A stretch of 64,000 nt of DNA, from the NCBI GenBank assembly GCA_009784615.1, contig WRBJ01000001.1, positions 72,810 to 136,809 on the forward strand, in the 5' to 3' direction. Below the pieces are notes generated by a model. That model saw nothing but the letters and a program-made list of their open reading frames with translations. It was not told where the DNA came from and made no database searches. Positions 38,005 through 46,522 of this stretch are shown here, piece after piece; the first letter of the stretch is position 1; each line of letters opens with the position of its first letter. The stretch comes from Defluviitaleaceae bacterium (GTDB lineage Bacteria; Bacillota; Clostridia; Lachnospirales; WRAX01). Both the position numbers and the translations under genes were made by a program.

Positions 38005-39921
38005 ATGAGCGAAAACACCAATAGCACTAACAATAATACTACCAACACCCCCACCCAACCCAAAACCACCAACACCTACCACGAAAACAATTTCAAAATC
38101 GACGTAACCCTTGCCCCTATCGAAAACCCCAAGGGCAACCTTATGTCTTATGCCAACATAACCATTAATGACATATTCGCAATAAACAATGTACGGGTTA
38201 TGCAAAGACAAAGCGACAATGTATTATTTGTCGCAATGCCACAGGAAAAAGGCAGAGATGACAAGTATTACGATATTGCTTTTCCCGCTACGGCAGAGCT
38301 ACGCAATATTACTAACAAAGCTGTTTTGGATACATATGCAATGCATAAAGGGCTTAATGAGCAACGGCATACCCAAGAATTAAATCAAACTTCACACCCG
38401 CCAATCGAGCATAATCAGCCTAATTCTTCACCTAGTGAAAAAGAAGTTATTGACAACGCCGACAACGTCATATCACAACCCGCCGAGTCCAAAACCTCGT
38501 CTGAACCAAAGCCATCAGACCCAACGCCCAAAAAAGAATGGACAGGTGTTAGCGATGACCGTGTTGTTGAAGCTCGCAAAATCGACATTCTCGACTACCT
38601 ACACCAAAACGAACCATACAACATCGTACAACATTCAGCCGACACCTACAAACTAAAAGACCACGACAGTCTTAAAATCTACCCATCTAACACAGGCGGC
38701 TATGCGTGGAAACAACACTCTAACGACAAAGGCGGCAAATCTGCGCTTGATTTTATGACGGGTGTACGAGGTATTGCTTTTGTGGATGCTGTTAAGCAAT
38801 TAACGCCGTTTTATCAAGAGCAGTCCAAAGATAAGGCGCAAAATACCCAACACAACGAAATAGACACAAGATTTGATTTAGCTGTCGATATAGTTCAAAT
38901 GGAAAGACGTTTGCAAAAGATTGAAGGTATGGATGAAAAACATCTAACACCATTTTCGGAAGCAAATAAATTTGCCGAGTGGGATAAAAGCAAATTAGAA
39001 CAGTATCACAAAGAACTGACAGCAGATTTTAACGCTGTAATGAAAATGAACCCCGATAAATTGAAGCAACACATTAACACACTTAACGAAAGCACCAAAG
39101 ATGCACCATTACAACAATCTCGACCCTCCCCCATCCAACTCCCACCCTCCCACTGGTCAAACGCCGAGGTAGTCGAATACCTATCAGAAACAAGAGCAAT
39201 AGACCCCGAAATTATAAATCACTGCATTGATAAAGGAGCAATCTACCAAAGCGAACACCACAAAAATGTTGTGTTCGTCGGTCGTGTAAATAGCAGGGAC
39301 AACACAAGTGAAATAAAATACGCAAGCATAAAAGGCACAACCCCAAACCCAACCACAGGCAAAGTATTCCAGCAAGAAGCCACAGGAAGCAAAAAGGATT
39401 ATCCTTTTGCTATACCTATTAAAGAACAATACAGAGATGTCGCAAAAACAATCTTTGTTTCAGAAAGTGCAATTGATACACTATCAAAAGCAACATTGGA
39501 CAAGCAACACCCCGATAAAGGACATCTTTGGAACGCTGTACATAGAATATCGCTTGCTGGTGTTTCTGCCAAGGGATTAATAACATATCTTGAACAACAT
39601 CCAAGTATAAACAAGATTGTATTAAACCTAGACAACGACAAAGCAGGATTGGATGCCGCATTACGTATTACAAACCAACTACACAACCAATATCCCAACA
39701 AATACGATATTGACTACAAACCACCACAATCCGACCCAAAGGGTAGAGCAGTTAAAGATTTTAATGATGTGGTTGTTCATCAAAGAAACGATAGACGAGA
39801 AGCAAGAGCAAAGGCAGAAAAGACCGCTAGGGGTAATGATGCAAAAGGTGCCGATGCGCCGTCAAGTCCTAATGTGGGACAAGATATGCCTGATATGCCT
39901 ATGGGTGGGGATGGTCGGTGA
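38005..39921 (+). CDS. SpoVG-like / DUF3991 / Toprim fusion protein (putative conjugative primase-like)
   Basis: ATG at 38005 after AAAGGAG. Residues about 30-115 align with recalled SpoVG (...ANITINDIFAINNVRVM...LFVAMP...YYDIAFP...AVLDTY). The middle YKLKDHDSLKIY...GGKSALDF is DUF3991-like. Toprim acidic motifs are FVSESAID and LNLDNDKAG. Confidence 0.7.
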   Translation: MSENTNSTNNNTTNTPTQPKTTNTYHENNFKIDVTLAPIENPKGNLMSYANITINDIFAINNVRVMQRQSDNVLFVAMPQEKGRDDKYYDIAFPATAELRNITNKAVLDTYAMHKGLNEQRHTQELNQTSHPPIEHNQPNSSPSEKEVIDNADNVISQPAESKTSSEPKPSDPTPKKEWTGVSDDRVVEARKIDILDYLHQNEPYNIVQHSADTYKLKDHDSLKIYPSNTGGYAWKQHSNDKGGKSALDFMTGVRGIAFVDAVKQLTPFYQEQSKDKAQNTQHNEIDTRFDLAVDIVQMERRLQKIEGMDEKHLTPFSEANKFAEWDKSKLEQYHKELTADFNAVMKMNPDKLKQHINTLNESTKDAPLQQSRPSPIQLPPSHWSNAEVVEYLSETRAIDPEIINHCIDKGAIYQSEHHKNVVFVGRVNSRDNTSEIKYASIKGTTPNPTTGKVFQQEATGSKKDYPFAIPIKEQYRDVAKTIFVSESAIDTLSKATLDKQHPDKGHLWNAVHRISLAGVSAKGLITYLEQHPSINKIVLNLDNDKAGLDAALRITNQLHNQYPNKYDIDYKPPQSDPKGRAVKDFNDVVVHQRNDRREARAKAEKTARGNDAKGADAPSSPNVGQDMPDMPMGGDGR

Positions 39922-39954
39922 TGAAAAAAGCCCCAAAAGGGGCTAATTGCTAAA

Positions 39955-40149
39955 TTAAAACTTATAATTAACTCTAGCTTCCTTAAGTATTTCATTAGCA
40001 GAGTGGCGGGACTTTATCTTGCCATCAACCGAAACGCTAACTTTTGTTATATCGCTATACCAAATTTCGTGGTCGCCTTTACCTTGACGAGAAAATTTGT
40101 AACCGTGTTCTTTTAGCACTTTACGAACTTTGCGTTCATATTCAGCCAC
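39955..40149 (-). CDS. hicA: HicA-family mRNA interferase toxin
   Basis: KVLKEHGYKFSRQGKGDHEIWYS (YcfA/HicA motif). 64 aa. Confidence 0.75.
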   Translation of the reverse strand: MAEYERKVRKVLKEHGYKFSRQGKGDHEIWYSDITKVSVSVDGKIKSRHSANEILKEARVNYKF

Positions 40150-40369
40150 CTACAACCAACCTCTCTTGATGAGCGAGTACAAAATCAAACTCCGCATCAC
40201 CTTTATAACCGTGGTTTAGCTCTAGCATTTCGGGAGCCGCAAGACGAACACGATACATCAATACATCAAGTGAGCCGTCCTCTAAAACAAGACCAACAAA
40301 ATCATCACTTGTTGCCATCCAAACATAAGCCTCATCATCCCACGCAAATTTTATTGTAAATTTCGCCAT
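40142..40369 (-). CDS. hicB: HicB-like (DUF1902-type) antitoxin
   Basis: ATG at 40369 after GAGGTG. MAKFTIKFAWDDEAYVWMATSDDFVGLVLEDGSLD. 8-nt overlap with hicA. Confidence 0.6.
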   Translation of the reverse strand: MAKFTIKFAWDDEAYVWMATSDDFVGLVLEDGSLDVLMYRVRLAAPEMLELNHGYKGDAEFDFVLAHQERLVVGG

Positions 40370-40441
40370 ACAATCACCTCTAAAATATTGTATCACAACA
40401 AAACCAATTTATCAATCAAAAAATGCAAAGGAGAAGGAACA

Positions 40442-41305
40442 ATGACAAATATTAACCCCTGCAAAATAATAACAATAGCCAACCAAAAAGGCGGCGTTGG
40501 CAAAACAACCACGGCTTGCAATCTAGGACACGCTATATCCAGTATGGGTAAGAATGTATTGTTAGTGGACTTTGACCCACAAGCTAATCTATCTATGAGT
40601 GCTGGAATAGAAAACCCTAACGGAGTAGAAATGTCTATGCCGCATTTGCTGGATTTATTTTTTAATGATAAAGAGATACCTCAAATGGGATTTTGTTCTT
40701 ATGAAGCAAACTTTAACGAGAGCAATCACTCCGAAAGAGAGAAAGCATTTCCACAATCCAATAATTTTGGTTGGATTGATATAATTTCTAGCAATATAAA
40801 ACTTGCTCAATCAGAAATAAACCTTAGAGATGAAATAGGCGGAGAGTTTGTTTTGAAAAATCTTTTAGATGCTTTGCACACACGTACCATCTATGACTAT
40901 GTAATTATAGACACTACCCCAACCCTAGGACTTCTAACCATTAACGCATTAGTAGCTTGTGATGAAGTCATTATACCTGTCAGTCCTCAATTATGGTCTG
41001 CTGTTGGATTAACTGATTTATTGCTTACAGTATCAAAAGTCAAGCGCAAGTTAAACCCCAATATCACAATAGGCGGTATTCTCTTAACCCTCTATGAAAA
41101 ACGCAACACCCTATCCAAAGAAGCCCGCAAACTTATAACTGATAGCTATGGTGAACATCTTCGCATATTTGATAGTTTCATCCCTCACACTGTAAAGGTT
41201 GGCGAAGCTAATTATAGCAGTCAAAGTATTTTTGATTACTATCCAAAGAGTTCAGCGGCAACGGCTTATATGGAGTTTGCGAGGGAGGTTATAGCTAATG
41301 GCTAA
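40442..41305 (+). CDS. parA: ParA-family partition ATPase
   Basis: ATG at 40442 after GGAGAAGG. Deviant Walker A NQKGGVGKTT. IIDTTPTLG. Confidence 0.85.
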   Translation: MTNINPCKIITIANQKGGVGKTTTACNLGHAISSMGKNVLLVDFDPQANLSMSAGIENPNGVEMSMPHLLDLFFNDKEIPQMGFCSYEANFNESNHSEREKAFPQSNNFGWIDIISSNIKLAQSEINLRDEIGGEFVLKNLLDALHTRTIYDYVIIDTTPTLGLLTINALVACDEVIIPVSPQLWSAVGLTDLLLTVSKVKRKLNPNITIGGILLTLYEKRNTLSKEARKLITDSYGEHLRIFDSFIPHTVKVGEANYSSQSIFDYYPKSSAATAYMEFAREVIANG

Positions 41306-42548
41306 AACCCTAACCAAACCCAACATCACAAAACCAAATATCATTGCAGATTTGTTTGGTGTTGATACCACAGGCATTACATCAATTACATCAAATACAA
41401 ACAGCTCGGATAATAACAGTAGCACAAACAAGATTATCGAAATCGACATTAGCAACCTCATAGAATTTCACAACCACCCCTTCCGTGTAAACGATGACGA
41501 AGCAATGGAAGATTTGGTTGCAAGTGTTGCGGCAAATGGCGTGTTGCTTCCTGTATTGGTTCGTCCTGCTCCAACATCATCACAAGAGCAAACACAACCA
41601 CAGGAGCAACCACAGGAACAAGAGCAATCTTTTTCTTCACCTAGTGAAAAAGAAAGCCTTGAAAAAAGAAACGAATTACCAAAATATGAACTACTAGCAG
41701 GACACCGCCGCACCAAAGCGGCAAGTCTTGTAGGACTAACCAAAGTCCCAGCGATTATCCTAAACAACCTATCAGACGAGGACGCAATGGCTTATGTAAT
41801 TGAAACAAACCTAATGCAACGCTCATTCTCCGATATGCGACACAGCGAAAAGGCGGCTGTTATTGCATTACACCATAGTAAGATGTTTTCGCAGGGCAAG
41901 AGAAATGACATATTAGAGCAATTAGCAATTTTAGATGGTAGCGACACCTCTCGCCATAGTGGCGAAAAGATTGTTGATGTAGAAGATGGCACTATTCGCC
42001 ACAATGGCGAAAGGATTAGTGGTAGCGAAAAATACCGTTCGGATGAACTCGTTGGTGAAATGTACAGCCTATCACCCCGCACAGTATCAAGGTATTTACG
42101 CATTGCACAGCTAAATCAAACGCTTAAAGAACTGCTTGACAAAGGCAGACTAGATTTTCTGCCAGCTGTAACATTATCTTTTTTAACCAAAGACGAGCAA
42201 GAAATGGTCTCTCATTACCTCACCACAACAGATACCACAACAGACTATACAATCAACACAAAAAAGGCGGATGCTTTACGTGAACTTTCCAAAACAGGCG
42301 AACTAACACCAAAGTCTGCAATTTTAATACTGCAAGGACAATTGAAAGGACAGGCAGAGCAAAAAGAACAAACAGAACAAAAAGAGCAAGAAGAACAAAA
42401 AGAGCAAAAACAACCTTCATCCCACAAGGTAAAGATAAGCCCTGCAACCTACAACACCTACTTTACACCCGAGCAATCACCAAAAGAGGTTGAAGGGATT
42501 GTTGAGAGGGCTTTGGGGATGTGGTTTGCAAGTCAAATAATGAGTTAA
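41298..42548 (+). CDS. parB: ParB/Spo0J-like protein with low-complexity Q/E/K repeat tracts
   Basis: ParB N-domain LLAGHRRTKAASLVGLTKVPAII. Tracts QEQTQPQEQPQEQEQS and EQKEQTEQKEQEEQKEQKQ. Confidence 0.8.
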   Translation: MAKTLTKPNITKPNIIADLFGVDTTGITSITSNTNSSDNNSSTNKIIEIDISNLIEFHNHPFRVNDDEAMEDLVASVAANGVLLPVLVRPAPTSSQEQTQPQEQPQEQEQSFSSPSEKESLEKRNELPKYELLAGHRRTKAASLVGLTKVPAIILNNLSDEDAMAYVIETNLMQRSFSDMRHSEKAAVIALHHSKMFSQGKRNDILEQLAILDGSDTSRHSGEKIVDVEDGTIRHNGERISGSEKYRSDELVGEMYSLSPRTVSRYLRIAQLNQTLKELLDKGRLDFLPAVTLSFLTKDEQEMVSHYLTTTDTTTDYTINTKKADALRELSKTGELTPKSAILILQGQLKGQAEQKEQTEQKEQEEQKEQKQPSSHKVKISPATYNTYFTPEQSPKEVEGIVERALGMWFASQIMS

Positions 42549-42573
42549 ATAATAATTGAAAGGCGATGATTTT

Positions 42574-42855
42574 ATGCAAGCATTACTATTTATAGCTTTA
42601 CTATTCTCTATTCAAGCATTGGCGTTTGGCTTTATTATAATTGTAGCCCTAATAGATGCGAAAAAACGAGGTGGCTTGTTTAGTGAAAAAGGTGCGAAAA
42701 TAATTGTAGTAACCTATGTTATTACTGCATTTATAACTGGGTTTGCTTATTTAGTAATAGATTTTCCACCATTCTCTAGCCAATGTGAAGTGATTGAGGG
42801 GGTTATGTGTGTATGTGAGGTGGTAGAGCGACTAAAAAACCTAAGAAAAAACTGA
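42574..42855 (+). CDS. Small membrane protein (start uncertain; TTG at 42556 is an alternative)
   Basis: Two hydrophobic helices. Sits directly upstream of the coupling protein gene. Confidence 0.45.
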   Translation: MQALLFIALLFSIQALAFGFIIIVALIDAKKRGGLFSEKGAKIIVVTYVITAFITGFAYLVIDFPPFSSQCEVIEGVMCVCEVVERLKNLRKN

Positions 42856-44717
42856 TGCGTGAAATAATAATGAACATAGTTATCTTTGCAGTGTTTGGTC
42901 TTTTAAGTGTTTACTTAAATACTACTTTTAATTTAATGGCAATTGACAACGTCATACTAGCCGTCATTGTCGGCACAACTGCCGTGTTGCTCTATATTTT
43001 TACCAAAGACAAGCGCAAATATCGCAAAGGAATAGAACACGGCTCTGCTCGTTGGGGTGCAAGAGAAGATATATTTCCATTTATGGATTTCTACAGTCCG
43101 CAAACTCCAAAGAATACATCAAATACAAAATCATCATTAAGTACAAAACCCACCAAGCCGCCAAAAGTTATCATACCAAACAAAATCGCAAAATCAAATA
43201 TCATACTAACCGCCACAGAAGGGTTGACAATGACAAGCCGTCCCAAACTACCAAAACACGGACGTAATAAAAATGTTCTAGTCTTTGGTGGTTCAGGTAG
43301 TGGTAAAACAAGGTTTTTTGGTATGCCTAACATTATGCAAATGCACAGCTCCTATGTGATAACCGACCCTAAGGGCGAACTCTATCTTTTTCTAAGTAAA
43401 TTATTAAAAAGATTTGGCTATGATGTACGTGTTCTCAACCTTAAAGAATTTGATAAGTCGATGGGTTATAACCCTTTTGATTACATAAACAAAGAAGACG
43501 ATATTCTAAAGGTTGTTAATGTTATTCAAAACAGCACTACCGAAAATACAAAATCAAGCGCAGACGGCGACTTTTGGACGAAAAGCGAAAAGCTACTGTA
43601 TATGGCTTTGATAGGCTATATCAAATTTCACGTCAAAGATAAAACCCTACACAATATGAACACCTTAGTAGATATGGTTACAAAAATGGAAGTTCGAGAA
43701 AACGACGAAACATTCAAAAGTCAAATAGACAAAGACTTTGAAAGAATAGCCGAAATGCACCCTAATGATTTTGCTGTTAGGCAATATCGCAAATTCAAGC
43801 AAGGGGCAGGAAAAACACTAAAATCAATTATAATTTCCTGCGGCGTTCGTCTTTCTGTTTTTGATATTGCCGCAGTACGTAGGGTTATGGAACAAGACCA
43901 AATGAAACTAGAAACCATAGGCGATAGAAAGACTGCATTATTCATTATAACGGACGACTCAGACACTACATATAACTTTATCGCCGCTATGCTTTATACT
44001 CAAATGTTTAATGTGCTAATTAACCGTGCGGAAACAAAGTATGCCTCAAATGGTAATCGCCTACCTATTCACGTTAGATGTATTTTAGATGAGTTTGCAA
44101 ACCTCGGTAAACTCCCTAACTTCCAACGACTTATATCAACAATACGAAGCCGTGAAATATCTGCTTGTATAATAGTGCAATCATTAAGTCAGATAAAAGA
44201 AATTTACAAAGATAGTATGAACACCATCATAAGCAACTGCGACAGCAAGCTATTTCTTGGTGGTGATGATGAGGAAACCCTAAAATATCTAACTCGTGTC
44301 ATCGGCAAAGAAACCATTGATACAATGGATAATTCCGAAACCAAAGGTAAAAGCGGTTCTTTTAGCAAACAGTACAAAAAACAGGGTCGTGAATTAATGA
44401 CAACGGATGAGCTGGCAAGGCTTGATGGTGGTAAGTGTGTTTATATCTTGCGTGGTGTTCCGCCGTTTTTGTCGGAGAAGTACGACATCGAAGCTCATCC
44501 AGTCTATCCATTTATGCAGAAATTGAATAAGATTGCAATACAAAACCCAATGCAACAAGCAAATCCTAACCGACGACCACATCAACCACCACAACACCCT
44601 AATAAACTTCTATCTTCACAAAGTATAAAGCAATCTCACAATCTAAACACACGAAACAAAAACATACATAATCCAACCCGTGTGAACAAAAAAATCAAAG
44701 GAGGAAACCAATTATGA
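42855..44717 (+). CDS. virD4: Type IV coupling protein (VirD4/TraG family)
   Basis: Two N-terminal TM helices, Walker A GGSGSGKT, Walker B ILDEFANLG. Confidence 0.85.
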   Translation: MREIIMNIVIFAVFGLLSVYLNTTFNLMAIDNVILAVIVGTTAVLLYIFTKDKRKYRKGIEHGSARWGAREDIFPFMDFYSPQTPKNTSNTKSSLSTKPTKPPKVIIPNKIAKSNIILTATEGLTMTSRPKLPKHGRNKNVLVFGGSGSGKTRFFGMPNIMQMHSSYVITDPKGELYLFLSKLLKRFGYDVRVLNLKEFDKSMGYNPFDYINKEDDILKVVNVIQNSTTENTKSSADGDFWTKSEKLLYMALIGYIKFHVKDKTLHNMNTLVDMVTKMEVRENDETFKSQIDKDFERIAEMHPNDFAVRQYRKFKQGAGKTLKSIIISCGVRLSVFDIAAVRRVMEQDQMKLETIGDRKTALFIITDDSDTTYNFIAAMLYTQMFNVLINRAETKYASNGNRLPIHVRCILDEFANLGKLPNFQRLISTIRSREISACIIVQSLSQIKEIYKDSMNTIISNCDSKLFLGGDDEETLKYLTRVIGKETIDTMDNSETKGKSGSFSKQYKKQGRELMTTDELARLDGGKCVYILRGVPPFLSEKYDIEAHPVYPFMQKLNKIAIQNPMQQANPNRRPHQPPQHPNKLLSSQSIKQSHNLNTRNKNIHNPTRVNKKIKGGNQL

Positions 44718-44995
44718 GTTTTCTAACAAATCTATTAAACAATCCAATAGTGGCAGGTATGACACTAAACCCCGACCTCGGAAGCGAGATATGGGAGCAA
44801 GTAGTTACAATCCTGCAAGTTATCGTCATTGGCGGCGGTGCAGTTTTAGCTATATTTGGCGTAATAAAGCTATTTGACGGTCAAGGCGACGGTGATGGTA
44901 GTAAGGTATCGCAGGGTAGATGGCAGATTATCGGCGGTGCTGGAATTATTGCTGTAGGCTTTTTGGTCATCCCTATGTTGGAGAATATTTTTTAA
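44714..44995 (+). CDS. Maff2-family small membrane protein (pilin-like T4SS component)
   Basis: VIGGGAVLAIFGVIKLFDGQGDGDGSKVSQGRWQIIGGAGIIAVGFLVIPML matches the recalled Maff2 pattern. Confidence 0.65.
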   Translation: MSFLTNLLNNPIVAGMTLNPDLGSEIWEQVVTILQVIVIGGGAVLAIFGVIKLFDGQGDGDGSKVSQGRWQIIGGAGIIAVGFLVIPMLENIF

Positions 44996-45059
44996 CAAAT
45001 TACCAAATAAACAAAAGAATTTCAAGAAAGGCAAGAAATGTTCTTAGGAGGAAACGCCT

Positions 45060-46052
45060 ATGCAATTTATATTTCAATATCTGCCACGATTGCTTGACAA
45101 CTCACCTGTGTTGTTTGTATTCCAATGGATAATAAATCAGCTAGACACCTTTGTTACAAGATGGCTTGCGGATATGTTGGTGGAGGGGATTATCAGTAAT
45201 ATTGAAGGGGCTTTTATGGAATGGGACACTGGCATTGATACCGTATCGGGTGGACTTGCTTTAACTCCCGAAAATTTCTTTGGTGGCAATTTTCTAAACA
45301 TAATTCAAGGGCTATCTGATAATGTAGTTTTGCCAATTGCCGTTACCATTTTTGGAATAATCGTAGTATATGAATTGATGGCTATGCTTGCAGAGGGTAA
45401 TAATTTCAGCGATTTTAATTATACCCATTTTGTGAAATGGCTTGTGAAAATTGTTATAGGCGTGTTTCTCCTTACTAACGTTTTTCCGATTATTAATTGG
45501 ATTTATAGTGTCGGTGCGAACGCAGTTATAGCTACATCGAATGTATTAAATGTTGACCTGTTTGATATGAACCAACTCCTTGACGCTGTTGAAGAATCCC
45601 TTTGGGATGATTATGGTGTAGTAGACTTGGTATATACGTGGTTGGTCAGCTTTTTGCTGAGGTTTTTTATGATAATAAGTCAAGTAGCTATTGGCATTAT
45701 TGTTTATTACAGAATGTTTTTGATTTTACTCAAAATATCAATTGCTGCTATTCCGTTTGCAACTTTAATAAATAAGGAATGGGGCAGTGTAGGCAATAAC
45801 TACATTAAGCTAATTGTAGCTTCAGCCTTTCAAGGTTTTTTGATGATGGTGGTCTTAGGAATGTATGGCGGAGTTATGGCAGGTATGCTTTTATTCTTCC
45901 CTCCCACTGCAGAAGCGATAAATACGGGTATTTTTCCTACTCCCGACGCAATCTTAATGGCTATGTTTATGATACTGGCTTTGTCCGTTATGCTAATAAT
46001 CCTACTATTAAAAACCCAGCAAATCTCAAAAAGCATCTTCGGTGCGCATTAG
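45060..46052 (+). CDS. VirB6-like polytopic membrane protein (CD0415/CD1112-type)
   Basis: Six or more TM helices, in the conserved position between the Maff2 and PrgI-like genes. Confidence 0.6.
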   Translation: MQFIFQYLPRLLDNSPVLFVFQWIINQLDTFVTRWLADMLVEGIISNIEGAFMEWDTGIDTVSGGLALTPENFFGGNFLNIIQGLSDNVVLPIAVTIFGIIVVYELMAMLAEGNNFSDFNYTHFVKWLVKIVIGVFLLTNVFPIINWIYSVGANAVIATSNVLNVDLFDMNQLLDAVEESLWDDYGVVDLVYTWLVSFLLRFFMIISQVAIGIIVYYRMFLILLKISIAAIPFATLINKEWGSVGNNYIKLIVASAFQGFLMMVVLGMYGGVMAGMLLFFPPTAEAINTGIFPTPDAILMAMFMILALSVMLIILLLKTQQISKSIFGAH

Positions 46053-46123
46053 CAATAAAAAGCAATCAAATATGGAAGGGGTATTTTATGAAATCTATAT
46101 CGAAGAAGGGAGCAACTGGGTAG

Positions 46124-46522
46124 ATGAACAACCTAAACCAACCAAACCAAGAACTATCCGTTAAAATCCCAAAAGACCTAGAAAAAATGAGGGTCAAGGT
46201 AGGTGCATTTACCAAAAGACAATGGGCATACCTTGTCATAGCGGGCGTTTTAGGCTTTATAGCATATCACGCCACGGTAAGTCTATTAGGCACAACAGGG
46301 TCGGTATGGATAACAATGTTGGTCATTGTACCTTTTGCCATAATAGCCTTTAAACACAAAGACGGTATGTCAATGGAGCAAATATTATTGCTAAGAATAC
46401 GTTACATATTATTTCCGTCAAATCGCAAATACAAAGGTCGCTTCTTGGGTTCTATAAAAGAACAACAAAAGGGGGTATCACATAATGGTGCAAGCATCTC
46501 AAAAACAACAAGCGGCGCATAG
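46124..46522 (+). CDS. PrgI-like (VirB3-like) T4SS membrane protein
   Basis: KIPKDLEKMRVKVGAFTKRQWAYLVIAGVLG followed by two TM helices. Immediately upstream of VirB4. Confidence 0.6.
   Translation: MNNLNQPNQELSVKIPKDLEKMRVKVGAFTKRQWAYLVIAGVLGFIAYHATVSLLGTTGSVWITMLVIVPFAIIAFKHKDGMSMEQILLLRIRYILFPSNRKYKGRFLGSIKEQQKGVSHNGASISKTTSGA

Noticed and set aside
41580-42415. Short tandem repeats in parB, and Asn-rich repeats at 56570-56660, considered as a CRISPR or other repeat array
   Set aside because: They are in-frame low-complexity coding repeats with no repeat-spacer periodicity. No CRISPR array is present in the window.
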